Shown here: positions 53,885 through 64,000 of the stretch, in pieces
Position numbering within the stretch: the stretch's first letter is position 1
Layout of the letters: every line of letters starts with the position of its first letter
Assembly (NCBI RefSeq): GCF_006345805.1
Contig: NC_043000.1
Location: forward strand, 151,218,001 to 151,282,000
DNA from: Octopus sinensis
Taxonomy: Eukaryota
Length of the DNA stretch: 64,000 bases
Reading direction: 5' to 3'
Position numbers and translations under genes: made by a program
Notes under the pieces: generated by a model
Seen by the model: the letters and a program-made list of their open reading frames with translations, nothing else
The model's database searches: none
Told to the model about the DNA's origin: nothing

Positions 53885-53895
<11 letters not shown>
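53763..53895. repeat. 61-bp inverted repeat with 11-nt loop in a (TA)n-flanked insert
   Basis: Arms 53763-53823 and 53835-53895 with 4 mismatches. Confidence 0.92.
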
Positions 53896-53935
<40 letters not shown>

Positions 53936-54094
53936 CTTACATACCCACATACAATATTTATTCATACATACACACGCATAAAGAAGTCACTGTCTACTTT
54001 CAGGATGATTGAAAATGGCTAAGAAAGACTTTATTCTGCTTAATCTGCCTTCATCTCTTTGTAACTGCTAGATTTTCTATTCAAATTATACTAC

Positions 54095-54465
54095 ATAGCG
54101 GAATTTCTTCCAGTTACGTACCGAGTTTAAATTCAGCCGAAGTCAACTTTGTCTTTCATCATTTCGGGGTTGATAGATGAAGTACCAGCGAAACACTGCG
54201 GTCGATGTAATTGTCTAGTCCTCTCCTCCAAAATTTCAGACCTTCTGCCTATAATAGAAATGATTATTACTAAGGTGGTGAGCCGGCAGAATCTTTAGCA
54301 CGCCAGGCGAAATGCTTAGCGTTCAGTTCAAGTTCCGCCGAATTCGATTTTGCCTTTCATCTTTTCGGAGTCGATTAATTAAGTACCAGTTGAGTACTGG
54401 GGTCGATGTGATCGACTGTTCTCTTCCTCACAAAACCTGGGCCTTGTGATTATAGTAGAAAATAT
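54095..54465 (+). mobile_element. two older short-tail SINE B copies in tandem
   Basis: Both have the central gcctttcatc...gtcgat motif and tails ending ...tagaaa(att)n. Confidence 0.8.
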
Positions 54466-54470
54466 TATTA

Positions 54471-54505
<35 letters not shown>

Positions 54506-54566
54506 TTATGTTTGACTATTATTATTATTATTATTATTATTATTATGATTATTATTATTATTATTA

Positions 54567-54614
<48 letters not shown>

Positions 54615-55146
54615 GAGTGAGAGAGCAGGGGTAAAATACACGAAGCCCATTATATCCATCATGACTACCCGTCTGATCAGGGTACACCAGGCACATGCAT
54701 CACAACCATACGTGCGCGACATGGTGATCTCATATCAAGATAAACAGCGCATGCCCTTGCAGGTGGGGCCCAGTTAGAATTTTCTTCTGGTCGAGTAGCC
54801 CATCCCGCTCAAAAGGTCCCTGAATAAGGATTGTTTAAGGATGTTGAAAGAACCACCCATGTTTCCAGAGGTGAACTATTCAAACCCCAAAGAATCCCTC
54901 TCAACACATGGCCATGATGCTCCCCCACTACTTCTGCTCGTGATCAGAGATGCACATATCGTCAGCCACTAAGGGACATGCTCAACTGGTTAAGGTCAAA
55001 CAACTGACAAGCAAATCTGTGGTATTGAGCAGAATATTTGCTGTAGCCCATCTTTTATACCAAGCCAAAACAATGTACATGATAACACTTCCAATCAGTT
55101 AAGATCAGAAGCCATGAGAGCCACTGCCTGGTACTGCATCAGGGCA
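54615..55146 (-). mobile_element. family D element, apparently full length (about 530 bp), in (TTA)n
   Basis: Both ends run directly into (TTA)n; no ORF, TIR or evident tRNA head; strand inferred. Confidence 0.85.
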
Positions 55147-55156
55147 TTTATTATTA

Positions 55157-55264
<108 letters not shown>

Positions 55265-55289
55265 GTTGTTGCTGTTGTTGTTGTTATTA

Positions 55290-55350
<61 letters not shown>

Positions 55351-56087
55351 CTTTTCTTCTTCACCTCTCCTTTTTGCAAGTGTGGAAGTTTCAGGAATAT
55401 TTTCTTCGTATTTTTGATCAAGCGGACGTATTACATTTCCAGATAACCGGTAAAGAATTAATAAGAATCGCTCCATTGAGAAGAGGCTGTAATATATTGA
55501 TAACTATCTGAAATAGAATATTCAAGAAACTACATCAGCTAAGCAACAGAGCAGAGAAAATGATCAGTTAACTATTTTGGTAGCTCCGGAAATGTTAGTA
55601 GGTTAGGAAATGCGGTTAGGAAACGATAAGTAGTTTAGGAAAATGTTGGTGAGTTACTGAATATTGGAAGAATAAAAAGTCTTAATATCTTAGGAAGTGT
55701 TGGCAAGCTATAAAAGCAAACATTCCTTTGTGCCACAATTTGTTTACATTGATTCAATTTCATATTTCCTTAAATGTTATTAGACATTATAATCTCCTTT
55801 TTGAAGAAGAGAACAACAGCAGCTGCCCTAACGAGGATCGAACTGCATATTATTGCTTATAAGAGAACTGTTTGACACTACGGAGCTCCTTCTTAACCAG
55901 TGTTTGATTTCTGCTATTCTAACAACACTATTTTGTCTCTACAGAATAATTTGTCAGTCATATACTGCATCCAGGATGGTTTAGTCTACTATTGTCCAAC
56001 ATAATGAGATGATCGGCCTCGGTTCGATATCTGTGATGGAAAATAACTCCATGAGTAAGATTATAAATCGTGGGCGTATGTTTCATA

Positions 56088-56912
56088 GGCGCAGGCGTGG
56101 CTGTGTGATAAGAAGCTTGTTTCCCAACCACATGGCTCCGGGTTCAGTCCCACTGCATAGCACCTTAGTCAAGTGTCTTTTACTAAAGCCTCGGGCCTAC
56201 CAAAGCCTTGTGAGTAGATTTAGTACATGGAAACTGAAAGAAGCCCGTTATATATAGGAGTGGCTGTATGGTAAGTAGCTTGCTTACCAACCACATGGTT
56301 CCGGGTTCAGTCCCACTGCGTGACATCTTGGGCAAGTGTCTTCTACTATAGCCACGGGCCAACCAAAGCCTTGTGGATTTGGTAGACGGGAACTGAAAGA
56401 AGCCCGTCGCATATATATATATATATGTGCGTGTGTCTGTGTTTGTTCCCCCCCCCAACATCGCTTCACAACCGATACTGGTATATTTACGTCCCCGTAA
56501 CTTAGCGGTTTAGCAAAAGAAACCGATAGAATAAGTAGTAGGCTTACAAAGAATAAGTCTTGGGTTCGATTTACTCGACTAAAGGCGGTGCTCCAGCATG
56601 GCCGCAGTCAAATGACTGAAACAAGTAAAAGAGAGTAAAGATATATGTGTGCGTGTGTGTGTGTATGTGTGTGTATTTATGTGTGTCTGTGTATGTCCGT
56701 CCATCCACCATCGGTTAACAACCGATGCTGGTATGTTTATGTGCCCGTGACTTAGCGGTTCAGCAAAAGAGACCGATGGAATAAGTATTAGGCTTACAAC
56801 GAATAAATCCTGGGGTCGATTTCTTCGACTAAAATCCTTTCAGGAGGGTGCTCCATCATGGCCACAGTCAAATGATTGAAACAAGTAAAAGAATAAACGG
56901 ATAAAAGAATAG
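56088..56912 (+). mobile_element. SINE A (56257-56640) nested in the internal microsatellite of an older SINE A
   Basis: Outer head 56088-56248, complete inner copy, outer 3' half 56641-56912. Confidence 0.88.
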
Positions 56913-57355
56913 TAAAATTACTAGAAAAAATTATACTACTTATTTTGAAAAGAGGGATCTTGCAGGCGTTTTCTATTGTAATGGATAATACAGCGGCTCA
57001 TTAAGAGGGTTTGCTGTGACTCCTTTTCTGCCTCAGGGTTTTGAAGTTTAATATGTGTTTAAATTCTTAGAGATTAATACTGAATTTACAGTTCATCCAT
57101 TTGTTTTATAAGGAAAATAAAGCAAACAAAATCATGTTAATCGACTACTCGCTGCGCTTTTGTTATTATCGCTGATGTTATATAACCCCGCATCAGCCCT
57201 GATAAAGCAGAACTACATAGCCGGCCGAACAACTAGGTACGACTTATAAATCCATAATTCCGGATATCCCATACTCTGTCTAATTGGAAACGATATAGTT
57301 CATTTCGAAATGCAGTGATTAACTAAATGAAGTGTAGTGGTATAATATGGAGAAA

Positions 57356-59003
57356 CGAGGGTTGGCTGGAAAATTCATAGGCCAACCATGATTCTCTCAT
57401 GGAATGCAATCAAATGAGGTTTCTTTCAACATAGTCCCATTGGCTGTCCACTCATTTCTTCTATCGGTGCTGTAGTCTTTGGATGCCATTGGTGAAGAAG
57501 CTTTCATCCTGTGGATCAAAAAATCATCATCAGCAGCAGATATGTGACACTGGCTCAACTCACTGCGATACTGGCTCCCAGCCAAGTGTTTTTTTCACAT
57601 TGGGGAATAGATGATAGTTAGATGGGGCGGCCAAATCAGGAAAATAGGGAAGGTGATCAACCACTTTCAAGCCACAGTCATTGACACCAAGGACTTGTGT
57701 GCTGGAGAATTGTTCTGATGAAGCAAGTGCCCTTTCGTCAGTTTTCCTAACTGCCTCAGCAGTTGACCTCGTACACTCCATTGATGGTTTAGCGCTTTGA
57801 AAATAGTCAATAAACATAATGCTTTCTTTCTTCACCTTCCCTGCAGGTGAAACGACCTTGAACTTCAGCCTTTTTTGGAGCAGGTGAGGAGGGGGTTTTC
57901 AACTGCATGGATTCTCTATTTGTCTCTGCCTCAAAGTGATGAACTCAAACACTTAACCTGGCTTAAGAAGTGTTCGAGAAAAGCAGCTGGATCTGCTTCA
58001 AACAGTGTCAGATTTTTCCGTGATGTTACTAGTCTGGAACGCCTTTGATCAGGTATAGAAGGCGGCGAGCTGGCAGAAACGTTAGCACGCCGGGAGAAAT
58101 GCTTAGCGGTATTTCGTCTGCGCCGAGGTCGACTTTGCCTTTCATCCTTTCGAGGTCGATAAATTAAGTACCAGTTCCGGACTGGGGTCGATGTAATCGA
58201 CTTAATACCTATGTCTGTCCTTGTTTGTCCTCTCTGTGTTTAGCCCCTTGTGGGTAATAAAGAAATAGGTATTTCGTCTGCGTTACGTTGTGAGTTCAAA
58301 TTCCACCGAGGACGCCTTTGCCTTTCATCCTTTCGGGGTCGATAAATTAAGTACCAGTTACGCACTGGGGTCGATGTAATCGACTTAATACCTATGCCTG
58401 TCTTGTTTGTCCCCTCTGTGTTTAGCCCCTTGTGGGTAATAAAGAAATAGGTATAGAAGACGTAGCATCCACCGAGCAGAAACCTTCGTCATGCCAAGTC
58501 CATTTTGCAGAATATCCTCAACTCTCTCACGGGATATGCTGATAGCACTGGCTATTTGATTTATAGTCGCCTGTCATCCACCACCATGTGGTGAACAAGA
58601 TCAATGTCTTCCTCGGTCGTGGCAGTCGCAGGACGTTCAGATCTTGGGTCATCTTCAAAATTCTCCTTTCCTCTCCAAAATTCAGCTGCCCACTATTGCA
58701 CTATTGATAAAGCTGGAGCGTCATCCCCTAATGTAGCAAATGTATCAGCTCAAATGCACTTGGGTGCTAAACCCTTTTTCTGTAGGTAGCTTGATAATAC
58801 CACGATTCCAAATTTTGTCGATTCTCAAGAGAAGTCGTTACCATTGACTTTTGAAGCGTTCTTTGAACAATTAGATCTGAGTTTACCTGGAAAAAAAACA
58901 ATGCACTTATTAATAAGAAGAGTTGAAATTAATGCATGCTAAAGTTTTCATCTCTAACATCACTCTTTCGTAGTCAGCCTATGAGCTATTCATCCCACCC
59001 TCG
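57356..59003 (-). mobile_element. decayed mariner transposon (irritans/Hsmar2-like)
   Basis: TIRs cgagggttggctggaaaattcataggc / gcctatgagctattcatcccaccctcg(ta); transposase remnants LGDDAPALSIVQ*WAAEFWRGKENFEDDPRSERPATAT and DHLPYFPDLAAPSNYHLFPNVKK (YSPDLAP motif). Confidence 0.9.
58061..58450 (+). mobile_element. SINE B long-tail dimer inserted in the mariner
   Basis: TSD aggtatagaag (58051-58061 / 58449-58459); internal junction aaagaaatag|gtatttcgtctg. Confidence 0.92.
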
Positions 59004-61607
59004 TATTGTACTCTTCCCGCTGTTTTATCTCTTTCAATTTCCCTGTAGATTCTGATAGTGGCACAACAAAGATGAGGTGAACTAGCTTCCAGCAGTTGAG
59101 ACTATCTCGTCACTATTCTAGTGATGTTTCTAGTATATTCAATCATTTTGGGACGACAGGATGAAGTTTGGGAGATATACGTCTGCTATTTTGAACAGGT
59201 CGAGTGACAGCCTAAAGACTTCCTTGTTGGTTTGTTTAGACGTTAAATGGGCTGTTGACTAATTGCAATTAGCTTATTTCACTCTGCAGTCTATCAAAAC
59301 TACCAACGACTGTTGCTTGTGTACAGCTTCAGGTCGTCAATGATCTGCAATGTTCAACAGCGAGATATTTCAGCTGATATCATTTCGTCTTCTCCTTAGG
59401 TACAATGCATCATCTAACCTCTTTTCTTCCAGTAGATAGGGTGTAATTTAATGAAAGTTTGGCTGCTATTTCTAACCTATAAAATGGCTACATAGAGGCT
59501 CCATTTATAACTCCATTATCCAACGTATCCTTTCTTTTTTTAATACGTAGAGTGCGATTAGGTTGATATTTCTAGTATATCAACTGACCGCAATGAGTCT
59601 GCACTAAATGAAACCCAACTATATTCTTTTATCGCCTGAATACAATCACCCGATTTGCTAGAAATAACAGTAAAATTTTCTATACATTACTTCTTACTCT
59701 CTTAGAAACAGAAAATAAAAATATGTAATCCTGAATTTACTATACTTTGGAAAAACATGAGATGTCCACCGAGAAACGGATCAGGCCACGACGCGCATAT
59801 GGCGTACATCAGCTGCATCAACTCCACTACTTAACTATTTTATATTCTATTCAAACTGCATGGAGGATAAAGTCGGCCTCGGTGGAATTTGAACTCAGAG
59901 CGTGAAGGATCGTGGCTAAAACATGAAAGGTATTTTGTCCTACGCTGAAACAAGTTTGGCAATCCTCTTCTTCAGTTGGTTGAATTCCGTATCCAAGATA
60001 TAGGAACACTATAGTTGTTTTCAAAGTACTTAAACTTAAACCTTTTAGAGATTGAGCTCTAAATTATATTTCCAAACTGTGTTCTGTTTATTACAATTCT
60101 TTAACTTATTTTGTTAGAAATTGATCAAGTTACAACTTTGATAATTCAAATACGTCACATTTCCATTGAAACGATTCAGTTTAAAATTGCAGTGTATTGT
60201 AATACAGATTTGCTTTGTTAAAAAAACTGAATGAAAAATTTCCAATTCCATACGATTGTTTCAATTTTGTTTCACCAAAGAAACTAAAAAAAGAAATACT
60301 TTTTCCTTTCTTTCTTATTTTGTTTTCCGTTTCCTGTGACCATTTTTTCGAATCAAATACCAATTATTTATCTTAAACAGTAACTTCATAAGTTTCATCA
60401 GACTACATTTTCATTTTTTTGTTATCTGCCTTCCGTTTCCTGTTGGGAATTCTACAAATCAAATACCAATGATTTATCTCAACTTACATGCAGACTTCTA
60501 GCTTATAGCTTTCTGCAGACGTAATTGAAGGCAGAATATAAATTGAAAAATAAAACCCCTCACTTTGTCATTCATTTTTGAGGTGGGCAACTTAATTTTT
60601 AATTAATCAAGGAATCAAGCAAAAGAAGAAATCAAGTTGAAAGTTAGATGTATAGATTTAAGAAACTGAAACTACTGTGATAAATGTAAAATGTAAATTA
60701 TTATCTTGGTTTTCTTGCCAACAAGTTAACGAAACGTATGTTGGAACAAGCTCGAACAAAATTCTTTTTAAAAGATAGTGACATGTGAAAATGTCAGAAT
60801 TAAGATCGATGGAGGACTGTTACAATGCAGAAGACAAAAGATGCATTGTTGATAAACTAGTTATGACAAAACACTTGACCAATGATGGATAGATTACAGC
60901 TGTGTGTACGGAGCATTGTTTGAAGGGAACAAACATCGACACCGTAGGTGACCTTGTGTGTTGCGTGTTCATTGCACAGCTGGTTCTAGCCGGAAATATG
61001 CTCACTGCTACGGTTGGCTACTGTTCTCTCATTTATCTTCGCTAATGTTCTTCATATGCCTACATTTCCTTTACATCGGCATTCCACTGACATCAACAGG
61101 AAAAGACTCGTGTGTCGCGTAATATAATAGTTTTTTATGCACCACCTTCTATTGTGATGTCGGGTGAAGCTGAAACGTTTTCACTGACTCAGCAGAAGAC
61201 ATGCCATTAGTATTGAATGTTAGTCGTTAGCTATTTAGTCATCACTTCATATGATTGTGACCGTTCGGTGGGATATTGTTGGGAAGTAATACTTCGAATC
61301 CTGCAAATCTTAACAATGAAATCTAGTTTTTACAAACAATGATCTTCATACACATGTACGAGTTTGATATACTGTAAAATAATTTGCTGTGAGCGCAACT
61401 TTCAGAAGCGTTATTACCGAATATGAACTATTCTTTTAAATATAACCTCATACTAATCCCATGTACATCTGGAACCAGGCTTTATACTATCCTAAAATAT
61501 AAGATATAAAAGTATTATTTTTCTTTTAGTCACTCGTTAAGAATTAAATGTTGTAGGAATCCCTTAACTTTACTCATGCTACTCGGTACATCAATACATA
61601 AATCAAT

Positions 61608-61995
61608 AGTGGAGGCGCAATGGCCCAGTGGTTAGGGCAGCGGACTCGCGGTCATAGGATCGCGGTTTCGATTCCCAGACCGGGCGTTGTGAGTGTTTAT
61701 TCAGCGAAAACACCTAAAAATTCCACGAGGCTCCGGCAGGGGATGATGGTGATCCCTGCTGTACTCTTTCACCACAACTTTCTCTCACTCTTACTTCCTG
61801 TTTCTGTTGTACCTGTATTTCAAGGGGCCGGCCTTGTCACTCTCTGTGTCACGCTGAATATCCCCGAGAACTACGTTAAGGGTACACGTGTCTGTGGAGT
61901 GCTCAGCCATTCACACGTTAATTTCACGAGCAGGCTGTTCCGTTGATCGAATCAACCGGAACACTCGTCGTCGTAACCGACGGAGTGCTTCCATC
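61608..61995 (+). mobile_element. SINE family C, full length, flanked by 159-bp direct repeats
   Basis: Flanks 61449-61607 and 61996-62154. Confidence 0.93.
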
Positions 61996-62307
61996 CATAC
62001 TAATCTCACATACATCTGGAACCAGGCTTTATACTATCCTAAAATATAAGATATAAAAGTATTATTTTTCTTTTAGTCACTCGTTAAGAATTAAATGTTG
62101 TATGAATCCCTAAGTTTTAATCATGCTACTCTGTACCTCAATATATAAATCAATGAAATTTGAAAGAAGTCCAGGGTATCCACCTCAACGGTCCAACACC
62201 CCAGTAACTTACAGAACATTACAAATAGCCCATTGGCTCGATTTTGTGGCGGCATTTACTACAGTATTTACATTTTAAGTTACTTCATGCTCAGAGCTTC
62301 ATCAATG

Positions 62308-62620
62308 AAGGCGCATGGCTTAGTGGTTAGATTATTCGGCTCAGGATCGTAAGATCATGAGTTCGATTCCCGACGGCGCGTTGAATTTTTGAGCAAGACA
62401 CTTTATTTCTCGTTGCTTCTGTCCACTCAACTGGCTAAAACGAGTTGTACCCGTATTTCAAAAGAGGGCCAATCTTGTCACATTTTGTGTTACGCTAAAT
62501 CTCCCTGAGAGCTACGTTAAGTGTATACGTGTCTGTGGTGTGGTCAGCCATTTGTACATTAATTTGACGAGTAAGCTATTCCATTGATCGGATCAACTGG
62601 AACCCTCGTCGTCGTAAGTG
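62308..62620 (+). mobile_element. older SINE related to family C
   Basis: tRNA head ggcgcatggcttagtggttaga...gagttcgattccc; 3' half similar to C (ctacgttaag...ggatcaactggaaccctcgtcgtcgtaa). Confidence 0.75.
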
Positions 62621-62873
62621 TCAGTTTGTTTGTATAACTATCAATTTCACTGCCAATTTTATGCAAACTTACGCTGGATTCTAAATTTTCTTGTTTCACT
62701 CCTTGCATTTTCTACTCGTAAAACCCATCAAAATCTTTTTTGCACACAATTAACTTAAATAACCTTCGCTACATGTTTAAACTCTTCAATTATTTTCCTC
62801 CTTTAAAGGATTGTCGTAATCGTATACTATCTCTAAGCCGATATTTCCCTGATTTTTTTTTAGACTAAATTTT

Positions 62874-63176
62874 TGTTTGTTCCTTCTCGAGCCATGCCTG
62901 GCTCATAAGGGCCGGTTTTCCGGTTTCCTTGGCGTATGGGTTCCCCACCTGGACGGGACGCCGGTCCGTCGCAGGTGAGCTACAAGATGCAGGAGGAAAG
63001 AGTGAAGGAAAGTTGTGGCGAAAGAGTCAACAGAAGTTCGCCATTAACTTCTGCCGGAGTTGTGTGGAGCTTAGGTGTTTCGCTCATAAACATACGCATC
63101 GCCTGGTCTGAGATTCGAACCCGCGATCCCTCGACCGCGAGTCCGCTGCTCTAACCATTAGGCCATGTGCCTCCAC
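62874..63176 (-). mobile_element. SINE family C2: C-like tRNA-Arg head with a different 3' half
   Basis: 12-bp TSD agactaaatttt (62862-62873 / 63177-63188); 3' part cctgcgacggaccggcgtcccgtccagg...gaaaccgg...ggctcg. Confidence 0.88.
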
Positions 63177-64000
63177 AGACTAAATTTTATGATACTTTAA
63201 TTAACGGCAAGAGCCATCGTCTTTCACTAGTTACTCTGAAAATACTATTATCAAATTTGTAAAATAAGATTATTAATTATCTCCTGTACTCTCACCAATT
63301 AATTATATGTAACACTTGAAATTCTGAGGGGAAGTTAGAGATGAAGTCCTCAACATCACAAGATGCTGAGTGCTTCAATTCTAACTTCGTCCAAGAAAGC
63401 TTCATATGCCATAATTTAAAACTGGAGTTGATTATTTAAATATTCACATCTCCCCCTCGGGCATAAAAAAATATATCAGTGAAGCCATAGTTGAATAATA
63501 ACGTTGTTTGATTTTTACTTTTATCTCGCCGATTTCCATTCCGCCTCTGGGATTTTCACTCTTAAATCTATTTGCTGGTGACTCGTGCATCCACTTTTCA
63601 TTTGACTGTGAATTTCAGAACATTTTTGAGGCTTCATTTATTGTATGAGGAGTTTACCTATATCTTAAAATGTTTTTGATATTTTAAAAATTACCCGCTT
63701 TCTTTCTGAAATATGACAAAAGATCTTAAGATGGCATAAGAAAGAGATTTAACCCAATCTCAACCGGAGAGTAACTTATAAGGATTGAGTAAAACATTAT
63801 AACCCAAATACAAACGGAAACTACGCTTCAAACAAGTATTTTCGAGGGCTTATTCTCAATCTGTAGCTCAGCTATATGTAACTACACTAGTATTCAAGTT
63901 CTTTCAGATTAGCCAAACTTCTTTCAAAGACTAATTTGAAACATCACCGCTATTAATACTTGTATAAAAGGACTATTTTTCTGCATGACCGAAATACCTC

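Noticed and set aside
55945-56054. Exon candidate after tctctacag ending at a|gtaaga
   Set aside because: Stop codons in all three frames.

Overview
AT-rich, extremely repeat-dense eukaryotic DNA. The SINE families, microsatellite spectrum and transposon mix look like an octopus (coleoid cephalopod) genome; this is recognition by eye, not a database result. I find no complete protein-coding gene: almost all ORF-track entries are microsatellite or SINE translations, and at most a few candidate spliced exons exist (best: 5753-5916). The window is a mosaic of four tRNA-derived SINE families (A, B, C, C2), decayed non-LTR retrotransposons (R4/Dong-like in (TAA)n, Tx1-like, RTE 5' UTR, Penelope-like pieces with minimal hammerhead-like motifs), a mariner relic, hAT and TTAA MITEs, non-autonomous Helitrons, a truncated Ty3/Gypsy element and one 100-N gap. 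Most unusual: (1) a near-homogeneous array of about 45 x 39 bp lying exactly between the tRNA-Ser PBS and gag of a dead Gypsy element, with a PBS-like motif in each unit; (2) very long direct repeats (159 bp, 62 bp) flanking SINEs like target-site duplications; (3) a SINE-B form whose 3' tail matches a LINE 3' end in this window and which repeatedly nests in its own family; (4) two fold-back hairpins with 61-67-bp arms and 11-nt loops. Coordinates were read manually and may be off by a few bases.
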